A stretch of 64,000 nucleotides of DNA from the human T2T-CHM13v2.0 reference genome, Homo sapiens. The DNA lies in the NCBI RefSeq assembly GCF_009914755.1, contig NC_060941.1; one strand, written 5' to 3'. The notes below the pieces were generated by a model, which was not told where the DNA came from, did not search any database, and saw only the letters and a list, made by a program, of their open reading frames with translations. Position numbers and translations under genes: made by a program. How positions within the stretch are numbered: the stretch's first letter is position 1; each line of letters opens with the position of its first letter. This document shows positions 1 to 25,736 of this stretch, one piece after another.

Positions 1-278
1 GGATATAATCTCAAGTGTCTTGTAAATATTGACACTTTATAAAACAATTCCATCCTTCATTTGTATTGACCCATTTCTACCCAAATAGCAGCGATTTGAG
101 AGCCACCACCATCTATTTTAAAAACACAAGAAACCCTTCTTTAACATCGTTCTTTTTTCTTTTCTCATAATTCCCACTTATTCCTCCCATAGTTTTATCC
201 TACATGTAATTTATTGGTATGCTTCAAAGCCTAATATTGATCACCCTATCATATGTTTGCAACACAAATATGTATACA

Positions 279-2162
<1,884 letters not shown>

Positions 2163-2299
2163 GTATTTAATGTTATCATCCAACAATTCAATACAAACCT
2201 CCTTCAATTTTGATGAAAGCTGAGAATTGGAAATAATTTATATAAAGGTGTCATTTGGTCTCTGGCCCTTCCCCTTTTCCAACTCACAGGCACAGATAC

Positions 2300-3800
2300 C
2301 TTTGGGGCTGGATTAGCATTTGCGTTGGGATCCACGGCGGGAAGGGTACAGGATGGGAACTGACAAAAACAGAGCCAAGCTGGTCGGGTCGGTGCCTACC
2401 CCAGAATTCGGGGACATTTCTAGATCCTGCAGGAAAGCGCGGGAGGGCCTGACTCAAGCTGGCCTGGCCCTGAGCGCATCTGCGCGCCCGAAGCCTGTCC
2501 CTGAGGCACGGAGAGAGCAGCTTTCGGGTTAAAAGGGCCCTGGGAAGAGATGGGGCGGGAAGGTGGTACCCGTTGGGCGCAGGCCAGGCTGCCAGGCCGC
2601 AGGGCTCTGTCCCGCGAAAGTCAGTAGGTCTTCCACTAAGGCAGAATTGTACTTTTACTCGACAGCGTGGAGAGGCCGCTCAGAACAGCAGCAGCGGAGG
2701 GGAAGTCAGCGCAGGTCACAGACGGTTTCACTCTCAGAGACTTGGCCTAGAACTTGGAGGCCCGCTGCTACAGCACGCTCGCCTCCAGGCCACCCACGCC
2801 CCCACCACCCGCACTGAGCCGTTATCTGCCTGACTGACATCTTGGCCAACCAATGACCTTTGGGGCTGCCAAAGCGCCTGCCTCCGAGAGTTGGGCGGGG
2901 CGAGTAGTTGCAATGACAAACATTTAACCCAATAGCGAGGAGATTTCAGACGCTACGGCCGCAATAACCAATGACAAGAAAGAATCCTTTCGAAAGGACG
3001 TGTCAGGCAACCAACGGCCGGTGCCGCTGCGGGGGTCCGGCGGCTTCCGTTCCGAGAGGGCGGGGCGGCGTCCCAAAACGGAAGGTGGTTGTCGTCCGTT
3101 CCCAAGCTGGTTTGAAACTAGGGGTCGGGCTCGGCCGTCGTCGTTGTTTGTCGCCGCATCCCCGCTTCCGGGTTAGGCCGTTCCTGCCCGCCCCCTCCTC
3201 TCCTCCCTTCGGACCCATAGATCTCAGGCTCGGCTCCCCGCCCGCCGCAGCCCACTGTTGACCCGGCCCGTACTGCGGCCCCGTGGCCACCATGTCCCTG
3301 CACGGCAAACGGAAGGAGATCTACAAGTATGAAGCGCCCTGGACAGTCTACGCGATGAACTGGAGTGTGCGGCCCGATAAGCGCTTTCGCTTGGCGCTGG
3401 GCAGCTTCGTGGAGGAGTACAACAACAAGGTGGGCCGGGCAGGGGCTCGGAACCCAGCTGGCGGGGAGCGGGCCCCGGGAGCGCCCTTTCCGGGCCGGAG
3501 CCCAGGCCTCAGAACCCTCTTGCGGACTCGCCCTAGGGCCACGGAGCGGTTCCTCTGTCTGGCCCTGTGCTGAAGGTTTCGTACTCGTTGTCTGTCTCCT
3601 TTAATCCAGGCAGCATTCTTGTGTAGTCGGCAGTGTAGTGGGGAAACTGAGGCACGGTTTTGTGACTTGCCTGGGTCAGGCAGCTATTTCGGGGTGGAAA
3701 CAGGTCTTAAAACCGGGTTTACGCCCCAAAGATACTCCATTTATTCATCCCGTGCTCTCCACTCCTGCCGCATTGCTTTCGTTGGTGGGCGGGGAAGGGA
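2300..3800. promoter_or_regulatory. DCAF7: CpG island / DCAF7 promoter with CCAAT boxes (2850, 2929, 2968), GC boxes (2893-2900, 3057-3067) and ETS-like CGGAAG/CTTCCG sites (~3044, 3079, 3165)
   Basis: Sharp rise in GC and CpG around the first coding exon; motifs read directly; no TATA box seen. Confidence 0.85.
3292..3429 (+). CDS. DCAF7: DCAF7 (WDR68/HAN11) coding exon 1, 138 nt, [11 protein letters not shown]...EEYNNK
   Basis: GCCACCATG Kozak; recognisable DCAF7 N-terminus; donor AAG|gtgggc. Confidence 0.98.
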
Positions 3801-4344
3801 AGAGAGAGTGATAGCTGTGAAGGAAAATGCAGGCGCTTCTATTGGTGGTCGTGCACTCCTGGCCACACTAGATTTCTATTAAGACGATCTATTGTACAAG
3901 CTTCCCCGCCCCCTACTCCCACCCCCCCCGGGTACTCATGGATCCTAGCCCTTCTGCCAGAATTACTGTTGCTCTTGCTTCCTGATATCCATTCTCTCTA
4001 AAGCAATCTCTTTGGAAATCTTGGCCTGTGGCATGATCCCGCCGTTGTTTCCTGAACACAGAAGGATGACAGGGCCTTATCTCTTGGCTTGTTTCGTGCT
4101 AGTACAGTTGTGTGACCTTTAGTAGTAAGTCTTGCTGGACATACATCAATTTGAGAATCCTTTATAGAAGCACGGTGTAGTAGGGGAGCTTTTAAACTGG
4201 CATTGCAACAAACTCATTTTTGAAAGTTGAATAAGTCAGTTGGAAGAATTTTCTTTCTTCCTTTTACTCAAAGTTGTGAATGATAGCGATCAGAGCAACT
4301 GAAAGCTGTGGCTAGTGATATTTAAAGCCACTACTCCTGCTTTA

Positions 4345-4897
<553 letters not shown>

Positions 4898-5608
4898 TTA
4901 CAGTTTTTCAGGAGCACATTTGTTTCTCTAGAGTAGGTCCTCTTTGCAGTCCACTTTGAGAAGCTGATGAAAGCTATGGATTCTCATTGTCCAGACATTA
5001 CACATACATGAACAATTTACAAACAAATCCAAGGAATATGCACTGATCTTTAAGTCCACCCATTGCCCGGGCGAGATAGAGCTTTCTTTCCTCTGTTGCT
5101 TCTTTCTTCCTTATGGCCCATAGTGGACAGCAGAACTGGAAATGGGATTCACGATTCTGATGTGGACACCGTGTTAATAAAATTAAGACCACTAGAACTA
5201 TTGTTTAAAGATACACGTGGAAAATAAAAAAGTATGTCTTTCAAAGGGCTTAAGTCTTTTTACACAAATTAATGTTTTTTCTTGTAAGTTTTTCCAGGGT
5301 CGTTGGGTAAGCAATAGTTACTCCTATTCCCCAGAGAGGAGAAACTGAGCCACAGTTAGGCTGCTTGGTAGGATCAGTGGAGTAGTCAAACTGCTGTTGC
5401 AGGAACTCTACCCCAGTTTGTCCTTTCATTTAGCAACTATCTGGAGCTTCCTCTTTGTGACAGGCACACAGGTAGCATGGCTTAGCAGTGAAATGCAAAC
5501 TAATAACCCCACTATCAACAGCATTAGCAGTTAACTATATCTTAACTCACATGATGTAGGCAATGCGCTGTCTTAAAATCATTTTTGTGCCTCCACCTAT
5601 CAGTAGAT

Positions 5609-6053
5609 CAGGGTTCTTAAATTCTGTGTGCCATGGTCATCTGATACCAATAGACCCCTTCTCATAGTTATGTTTTCAAATGCATAAAACACATAGAATT
5701 ACAAAAGAAACCACTTATGTTGCACTACAGATATAAACAACATGTTTTTTAAAGTGGTGATGTAGTCATATGTACTTTTAATAAATTAACTTATTGATTT
5801 ACACCATCCACTGTAATTATTAATGTAATTTTGAAATGGTGACAAGGGTAAACAGCATTTCAAGATGCTTAACAACTGTGCTGTGGTGGGAAAAAAAAAT
5901 TCTCTTGCTGGCAAAGTCACAGACAGTCATACCACTGTGAGCACCTGACCCCATTTGTAATTGAAGGAAACAAAAAAATTTAGCTAGAGGTTAATGGAAA
6001 TATGGGGATAATTTTCCAATTCAAGTTCACAGACCCCAAGTTAAGAAACCCTG
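5609..6053. mobile_element. hAT-Charlie-type DNA transposon remnant
   Basis: Terminal inverted repeats CAGGGTTCTTAA ... TTAAGAAACCCTG; interior resembles Charlie-family consensus from memory. Confidence 0.6.
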
Positions 6054-6537
6054 CGAGAGAGAAGTATGTGTAGTGGTTGGTGAGCAGCAAATCCTGCCTT
6101 AAAGTGATTCTCAGGCTAAGTTTGTGAGAAACCCTGCCAAAGAGGTGGTCGACTTCATAATTTGGAGGAACTTTAGAATTATTGGTTGGAATTTTTAGAC
6201 CATTGGTTCCTGCTTGCCATGGATAGTGGTCACCAGCAGAGGATAAAGTAAAATGGACACAGCAAATTAACACTGATGAAAAAGGCTAGAAGTGGTCATC
6301 TTTTTAGTGTGGAGACATTCACTAAGAAAACATGGTTGTAATTTTTAAAAATTTGCATTAGCATAATCATGTTTTCCTAACGTAAAATTGTACCTAGTTG
6401 ATCCATAGAATTAAGTCTATCAACAGTTTAAGAAATTGACTTCCAGGTGTTCCTTCATGTGAATAAATTTGGGAATTGTTGCAGAGTAAAGAAACAGATT
6501 CTATCAACTACACTTGGAATAAAAAGCCCCATTATAG

Positions 6538-6831
<294 letters not shown>

Positions 6832-7169
6832 TCATTATTGGTTATTATGTTTCTACCTTCTTTTGTTGTGGTCTCTTGAGGGATACAGCAAGATTGGTGT
6901 TGGAGCAACAGGTTCTCTAAATTTTAGTGTGTGAGAATCCTGAGGGAGCTGCACATTCCTGGGCTCCACCCCTGAAGTTAACAGACTTGGAGATAGGTGA
7001 CAGACACACTAGTGGTTGAGTGGTCCAGATGGCACTCTCAGAACATGGCCCTGGAGCTGCCTTGGCATCTGTTGGCCAGAGGCGAGAATGTGATCTTTTT
7101 GTGTCTGCATGCTCCTAAACATTGGTTCTGCCCTTCCATCCAAGTTCACCCATGAAAAAAGCTCTGTGA

Positions 7170-7390
7170 TTAGCCTGGGTTATCTAAGTCCTGCCACTTC
7201 CCAGTTTTGTATTGCCTTGGGCAAGTTATCCTCTGTGTCTCAGTTTCATCATCTGTAAAATTAGGGCAATAAATAATAACATCTACCTTGTTCAAAGATT
7301 AAATGAGTTAATATATGTAATGGACTTAGGAACGCCACCCGGTGTGGAATAAGCCATATAGAGATGTTAGCTGTTATTTAATTATTATCA
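7170..7390 (+). mobile_element. MIR remnant
   Basis: CCTTGGGCAAGTTA...TCTCAGTTTCATCATCTGTAAAAT core motif. Confidence 0.7.
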
Positions 7391-8903
7391 TTACTGTACC
7401 TGTAATTGAAATATAACCAAAGAGAATTATATGGCTGTTTAGTAAATTTACTTTTGTATTTTCCAGAAAGGATTCAGGAATAAGAGGTCAGAAAGGTAGC
7501 TGAAAAGGTCATTATTTCATTCTCTGCCTTTTAAAGACTCTGGGGGGAAAATTCCCTTATCTCTTTCAACCCAACTCATTTTGTAGTCTAGCAGATTCTT
7601 ATAGTCAGACTCCAAGTAGTGTAATTTTCTAGTTTAAATCCATTTTCTCTTGTTCTACCTGGCTTACCTACGTAAGTCAGATATAAGAATTTGGCATTTC
7701 TCCTGTGTTTTGACAATATGTTTGGTCTTTAGGCCCAGGTGTTATTTCCCCTCTTTTATTGGGAAAAGCTGGGTAGCAGTTCCTGGGCTTCTGTTCCACT
7801 TAAGTGCATGTTTCAGGGTTGGTTTTGATAAAGATGGCAGTGTGATTGGGATTTAGTTTGCCCCAGTATTTAACTGACTACTTGTGCTCTAAGATTTGGC
7901 ATCCAGAGAGTATTTTTGAGGTTCTGAGGAGAGACTGTAGGTATATCTGATGCTTTTTGGAGAATCCTAGTAGTGAGTCTGGGTGGCATGACCACCTTGT
8001 ACTTGAAACACTGGGATGGGTACTCACCTCACCAGCCTGTGTTGATTCCTCTGAGGTTTTTAATACAATTACTTTATATGTTTGATGCATAATTATTTCG
8101 ACTCCGGTATTTAATTTTTCATCTTGGTATTTGCGGTAGCCCTTCAGGATTATCATTCATTTGCTCATTAATTTAGCCGGTCTGTATTGAACACATACTC
8201 ATGTGTTTTAGGCACAATGTGTTTTGGTACACATCAGTACTTTTGATAGATATTTAGAATGTCGCAGTGTTCCACGAGTCCCTGTCAAGACTGTCAGCAG
8301 GGGAATTTAAGACATAAAACTCTTCTGGTTTTAACTTCCTCCTTTTTCTAGACAGTGAGAGGACTCATTCCCTGTTGTGACCACTGGATAAAAGTGATAA
8401 TGCTTTAAAAAAAAATGCTACTTTATTGCTTTTTGTCCTAATCTTGTTCACATAGACTTATTGGAGATGCTGTCACTTGAACAAGGAGTGAATCTATGCT
8501 CTGTAGGTAGCCTGGCTTGCCTAAGGACTTGCTGCCAAAGCTCTCGCTGCCAGAGCTCTCTGGTCAGCCTCTGAGCCACGAGCCAAAGGTGTGCTGTGCC
8601 AGAATTCATCTTAAAGTTTAATAGGGCAGGACCTTGGGTACCTGCAGACACTGGTCCTTGGTAATCAGTCAGGAAGAGGCTTGAAGAGAAAGCAAATAGA
8701 AAAGACCAGGAAAAGCTAGTGTATATTCTCAGAATATTGTGTTAGCCGATTTTTGTTTTATTAACAATTGTGGGAAAATGTTCCAGTGACTGGAGTGTTA
8801 TGTTGATTTGGATAACTTGGGAGCTTATTTTAAAAATTACATATACATACACACATTCACCTTCTTCTTCTGCACTAGGACTGTGTGTGTTAAAGTGGAA
8901 TAT

Positions 8904-10183
<1,280 letters not shown>

Positions 10184-10519
10184 TTAGGGAGGACAGATTG
10201 AAAAATGAAACTGAAGAAAACAATGAGAACATAATAGATGCAGAAAGTAAAAGAGATCTGACGTAAGTATAATTGGTGTCCCTCAAGAAGAGGACCAAAG
10301 AAATGAAACAAACTCAAATATATGGTTAAAGAAGAACTTAGAAGTAAAGATTTGAAGTGATAAGTTCAAATTGGCATGATTTGAACTTGCCAAAGATTTG
10401 AAGTGATAAGTTCAAATTGGCATGAAGTGATAAGAAAAATTGGCACTGAACAGTTGGCACTGAAACATTTCCTAGGAAAATTTCTTTTTTAAAAAATTTA
10501 TCTTATTTTTCGTGTGTTT

Positions 10520-14345
<3,826 letters not shown>

Positions 14346-15130
14346 AATGTGTTATAAGTATAGAGAGCTTTGCATTCAACGGAAAATTCACTTTAAACAA
14401 TAACCCAATTTACAAAAACTGTGTATTTAGAAAAAAAATTTTTTTAAGTTGAAATCAACTGATTGGAAAAAAAATGCTACATATCAAAACTTACAGGAAG
14501 GTGAGGAACCTGAAGCTCAGCTACGTGCTAAGTGGCTTGCCCAAAGTCATATAAGGGGTAAAGGAGGGCCAGAACTAGAGTGCTGTCTGTCTCCAGAGTG
14601 TTCAGAATAAATGTATGTCAATGTCCAAAAAAAAAAAAAAAAAAACTTAGGGGGAAAAAGAACATGTTGAAAAACAGAGGAACACTTACCCTACCAGATT
14701 AGAATAAACATACTGGAATTGATATAGCCAGAGAGATAGGTGGAACTGAATAGAATATTTCAAAGACAACTTTAGTATATATAAATGTGAAATATGTGAT
14801 AAGATAGAACTGTAATTCACTGGGTAAAAGATTACATCGTATGGCACAGTTGTTCATCTAGCAGAAAAATTTAGAACCCCTAATTCACAGTGTATGATGA
14901 AAACTAATTCCAGATCAAACGTCTAATTATAAAGGAAAGTCCACAAACAATATTAGAAAGTTGATCAGGAAATTTGTCATGAGGCAGTGGGGGTGCGCAC
15001 GGACACTCATTAATTAATTCCAGAGTCAACAAAGGAAAAGATTGGCAGATTCTATAGTACATACAAATAAAACATTTCTCTGTGAAAGATATGCCATGGA
15101 CAAAGTCAAAAGACAGCAGAAAATATTTTC

Positions 15131-15427
15131 TTTTTTTATTTTTTATTTTTTATTTTTTATTATTATTATTATACTTTAAGTTTTAGGGTACATGTGCACA
15201 ATGTGCAGGTTAGTTACATATGTATACACGTGCCATGCTGGTGCGCTGCACCCACTAACTCGTCATCTAGCATTAGGTATATCTCCCAGTGCTATCCCTC
15301 CCCCCTCCCCCCACCCCACAACAGTCCCCAGAGTGTGATGTTCCCCTTCCTGTGTCCGTGTGTTCTCATTGTTCAATTCCCACCTATGAGTGAGAATATG
15401 CACAAGAACAAAAAACCAAACACCGCA
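15131..15427 (-). mobile_element. 5'-truncated, 5'-inverted L1PA2-like insertion (~300 bp)
   Basis: L1 3'UTR with GAG rather than ACA/ACG diagnostic (GATGACGAGTTAG) and ACTTAAAGTAT; 15 bp TSD GCAGAAAATATTTTC at 15116-15130 and 15425-15439. Confidence 0.93.
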
Positions 15428-15439
15428 GAAAATATTTTC

Positions 15440-15742
15440 TTTTTTTTTTTTTCTTTTGAGACACTGTCTTGCTCTATGAGCTGGGCTGGAGTACAGTGGC
15501 ACAATTCACAGCTCACTGCAGCCTCAACCTCTCAGGCTCAAGAGATTCTTCCACCTCAGCCTCCCAAGTTGCTAGAATTACAGACGCACAACACCCTGCC
15601 TGGCTAGTTATTTTTATTTTTTGTAGAGATGGGATCTCGCCATATTGCCCAGGCTGGTCTTGAACTCTGGGCTCAAGCAATCCTCCCACCTTAGCTTCCC
15701 AAAATAGTGGGATAATGGGCATGAGCCACCAAGCCCTGCCTG
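15440..15742 (-). mobile_element. AluJ-like
   Basis: Antisense Alu with poly(T); flanked by GCAGAAAATATTTTC / GCGGAAAATATTTTC. Confidence 0.9.
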
Positions 15743-16172
15743 GCGGAAAATATTTTCAAAACATGACAGACAATAGTAGCTAATACTCAATGCAATAGAA
15801 AAATGGACAAAGGGTATGAATATCTAGTTCATAGGAGAGGAAATGCAAGTGATCAGTAAACAGGAAAAATGCTGAACCTCACAGGTAGTTAAGGGAAATG
15901 AGAATTGTGATATCATCTTTCCCTTTTAAATTTATAAAAATTAAGTTATTGCTTCTAGTGCTGTTGACAGTATGGAGAAATGAACACCTTTACATACTGC
16001 TGCTAAGAATGTTAGTTGCTACAGTCTATTTGAAAAGTAAGTTGGTGTCTATTAAAATTTAAAATGCACATACTTTCTAATACAGAAATCCCACTGTTAG
16101 GACATTGGCCTCCAGAAAAAAATACAGCAGTTCATAAACACATATGTACAAAGGCATATAAATAAGTAGTGG

Positions 16173-20918
<4,746 letters not shown>

Positions 20919-21049
20919 GTCTGATTTCGGATGTAGAAAGATACATGGTAGAATTGGGCATGCCCTAAGATATTCCAGAGAAGCTTTGCATTTTATTCGG
21001 GGTACTATATGTAGAAAGTTCTTAGTCTTTGCTTTGGTTATCAGTTATA

Positions 21050-21131
21050 TTAGGTTAGTGCAAAGGTAATTTGCAGTTTTGGCCATCACTTATGATGGCA
21101 AAAAAACACAATTACCTTTGCACCAACCTAA
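21050..21131. mobile_element. MADE1 (Hsmar1-derived MITE), palindromic
   Basis: TTAGGTTAGTGCAAAGGTAATT...AATTACCTTTGCACCAACCTAA; left TA target site. Confidence 0.92.
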
Positions 21132-21638
21132 CATTAAACTCAGGCGCTTTAAATTTTACACTGAAATACGTTGAAAGCTAGCTTAGTTGATCTCTGTCAT
21201 TAACAGAAACCATCTCTGTTTTTGTTATTTTCTTGGCTTGATTTAACGTTCGTTGCTCACAAGAAACAGAAACCCACTCAAGGTAGTTGAAGGAAAGGGA
21301 GGTTTTCATTCAAGGGAGTTGGAGAATCGGAAGGCAAGAATGAGCCTCAGGCCTCTCATGGGACTGGACCCGGCCAGTGGAAAGCTGTTGTCTCACACCC
21401 TGCCCCACCTCACAATACATGTCTCTTTTCTGCCTCTTTCCTTGCATGCTTGTCATTCTCACTCGCTATGTATGCCAGCTTTCCCTGCAGCTCCATGCAC
21501 GCTGCGTCTGTGGCCCTTTCCTGCCTTTTGCCTTCCAGGCTAAAACTAGATAGCTTTTGGGTCTTAATTCCAAATGCTTAGGAGTGAATCGGTTAGCTCA
21601 GAAGTCCAACCAGTTCAAACACCTGTGTCAATCTAGCA

Positions 21639-21826
21639 CATTAATTCTCAACCTTGGCTATTATTTGATGTCACTGGGAGCTTTAATAGATACCAAAGCC
21701 TGTGTCCCATTACCAGAAATTCTGGTTTTAGTGGTCTGGGATGTTACTAAACCTAATTTGTTGGGATATGTTTAAGTTCCCAGAGGATTCTAACATAGAG
21801 CTGTGGTCCATGGTTAAGAAGCACTG
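21639..21826. mobile_element. MER5A-like hAT element
   Basis: TTCTCAACC ... GGTTAAGAAGCACTG ends; 8 bp TSD ATCTAGCA / ATCTAGGA. Confidence 0.7.
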
Positions 21827-22757
21827 ATCTAGGAGAGAAGAGGGTCATCTTATAGGCGTGGAATGCTCAGATAGTGGGGTCTTGGCCTAGGTAGATTATT
21901 CTCCCAAAGATGTCCTCTAGGGTGTCCCCATTTTTGGCTTTAACCTACCAGTCCTCTTTCTTATAGGGTGTGTTGGAATAACCTATGGAGCTCTACTTTA
22001 AGGAAAAAAAAAAAAAAAAGCTCATGCCCAGACCTAGTAAATCAGAACCTTCAGAGGGTGGGGACCAAGCAGGCATAGTTTTTAAGCTGCCCTGCAAATT
22101 CCAACAGTACCACCAGGCCTGATCTCCAGGCCGTGCACTCTCACATAGCAGCACCATCCACAGTCATGGCTTCATATATACCACTTTGGTGGTTTTTTGT
22201 TTTTGTTTTTGTTTTTGTTTAATTCTAAGGTGTCTCAAATCTTGGTCAGATATTTAGGAGCCAATACTATCTGACCTCTGAGTAACAAATGTACCTTTTT
22301 ATTTTTAAATAGTCTAGATGTCTTTTTGTTTTTGTTTCTGTCTTTGTTTTGAGATGGAGTGTCACTCTGTTGCTCAGGGTGGGGTGCAGTAGTACAATCT
22401 TGGCTCACTGCAAATTCTGCCTCCCGGGTTCAAGTGATTCTCCTGCCTCAGCCTTCTGAGAAGCTGGGATTACAGGTGTGCACCACCACGCTTTGCTAAT
22501 CTTTGTATTTTTTGTAGAGACGGGCTTTCGCCATGTTGGCCAGGCTGGTCTTGAACTTCTGACCTCAGGTAAGCTGCCTGCCTCAACCTCCCAAAGTGCT
22601 GGGATTACAGGTGTGAGCCACCACACCCGGTCTAGATGTCTTTTTCCAAGTACTTTGGTAAGAGAAACTGGGAAGCACCAGCTATGTCAAGTGTGTGTAC
22701 TACAGTGGGTTAAACATTACTGGTGGGGAGGGTGATTCATTACAGGGATGTTGGTCA

Positions 22758-23139
<382 letters not shown>

Positions 23140-25335
23140 TCATATATATCCTTGATAGGGAAGCCTCCTCTTCCCTTGTGAGGGAGGGTGTAGGGAAACA
23201 GGCATTTGCATAGTTAGGTGGTAAGAGTGTAAATTGCAAGGCAAGTCAGAAAGTAGTGCTCTGCTCTATAGAGCACTATAACTTACTAGTGCAGAAAAAC
23301 ATTATTAGGATATATATTGAGGCATTGTTTTTCATAGGGAAAATGGGAAGTAGTCTAACTGTCTTTTGGGATTAAATACATTGTAATTTGGCTATCTTGT
23401 GGAATGCTATACAGTTGTGACAATTAGACAGATTTATTTGTATTGGCACCAGCATGAAAAAGAAAATTGTCATGCAGAATATGATTGGAAAAAATTTTAA
23501 AATTTTTTGAAAAGAGAAAAGATGGCCAGGCACGGTGGCTCATGCCTGTAATCCCAGCACTTTGGGAGGCCGAGGCTGGTAGATCACTTGAGGTCAGAAG
23601 TTCAAGACCAGCTTGGCCAACATGGCGAAGCCCTGTCTCTACTAAAAATACAAAAATTAGCCAGGTGCGATGGCGGGTGCCTGTAATCCCAGCTACTCAG
23701 GAGGCTGAGGCAAGAGAATCACTTGAATCCAGGAAGTGGAGGTTGTAGTGAGCCAAGATCGTGCCACTGCATTGCAGTCTGGGCGAGAAAGTGAGTCTCC
23801 GTCTCAAAAAAAAAAAAGAAAAGAAAATTGATATATTGTGTAAAGGAAGTGAGTTGCAGAATAGTATAATTATATTTATGTAAAGAAAATTTGTATCTGT
23901 AAATCTGTAGGCAAGATCTGGAAGTAGTTATATCAAACCAAATGGCAATTACTGGTATAGAGGGATGGGGTGGCATTGAAAGAGGGACTTGTACTTTTAA
24001 TTCTCTATACTTAGTACCTTAATTATTTACAGTTAGTATAAATTACTTCTGTAATGCTTGAAAATACTTAAAAACTATAAAGAACCATGGGAAAAAAGAA
24101 AATGAATGGTTATCTTTATGTGGTGGGATTTTAATTTTAATTTTTTGTGTGTGGGGGGGCAGTATTTTTTATAAAGAAAAAGTTTTAATTTTCTAATTGG
24201 GGAAAATCATTTTTAAAAATTACGTCAGGACTTGAATTTCATGAGCCTTTTCTGAAAAATGAGGATGGCTTTTTTCTTGAATTCAAATTAAAAATTTAAG
24301 TCATTACCTCTTCTGAAAGCATTGATAAGGTCAAGGAAAGATCGAATCTCAGCTATTTCCTGACTTCTCTCTTAGGTTAGGTACTATTTTTCAGAGATTG
24401 TCAAACTTTGCTGAAATCACATCACCAGGGGTGATGAATTCCTAAGAATAGAGAGTCCTGGGCCTCACTTGACACTTACTGAATCAGAATCTTAGGCTGG
24501 AGTTGAAGGCCTAGGAATGTAAACCTCTTCAGGCAAGTCTGATAGCTAAGTTGGAAAACCATTGCTGTAGGCAGTACAAGCAGAAGTAAGACACAGGCCT
24601 ATATTTAAGGCATTTACTAAGTGAAATAGCATAAGACAGTAATGTCAGTGCTTTCATGAGGCACTATGGGATTAGTCACCAAACAGATGTTAGAGATAAG
24701 CACTGAAAGAAAGAGCACTGGACCAGGAAGACTGTGAATGCCTTATGAAGGAGGCAAGATGTCATAATATTCAAAGCTCATATATTGAGTAAGACAGTTC
24801 TATGTAGAGCTGTTACATACAACTCAAGGTAGGTACTGTGAATATCCTCACTTTACAGATTGGGAAACAAGATGAGCAGAGTTAAGTAACATGTCCAAAG
24901 TCTTACAGCTAGCAGGTGGTTAAGTGGGGAGCCCTAGAAGCCCAATTCCACTGTGCCGTATTAACATTGGGCAGGATTTGGGTCAGTGGAAAGGATGTAT
25001 GAGGATTTTACAGGTATAGAGGGAAGTGTAAGGAAAGGGATGGGAAGCAGTGACTAGATAAATGAAGGTGGAATATAAGGTAAGTTAGGGCTGGGTGGTA
25101 GAAAGTCTTGTTAGGCTAAGAGGATCCCAAGTGTCAAATGCTCACAAGATTGGATATTTGAAGCTTGGGAGGAAATCTCTGATGACTTGAAAGACATTTT
25201 CTCTTCCAGTTGAACTTCACAGTGTTATCTGCAAAGTTAGAGAGGGATTTGGGGTTTCATGCTCCCTGGTGTATCCACAGCACTTAAAACAGTGCCTGAC
25301 TCCTAAGAGCTGTCTACTAAATACTTCTTGAATGA

Positions 25336-25710
<375 letters not shown>

Positions 25711-25736
25711 TGAGCCTCAGAATTTAGCCTTTCATG

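Noticed and set aside
2971-3261. 96 aa ORF in frame with and upstream of DCAF7
   Set aside because: Its ATG overlaps a CCAAT box, probably upstream of the TSS; it stops before the CDS; typical GC-rich chance ORF
8325-8665. Pyrimidine tract + AG at ~8351 as a possible cryptic or poison exon in intron 1
   Set aside because: No convincing paired donor and no way to assess conservation here
10346-10464. Direct repeats with a short spacer as a CRISPR-like array
   Set aside because: Eukaryotic DNA, only two full copies, and the spacer is an inverted copy of the repeat
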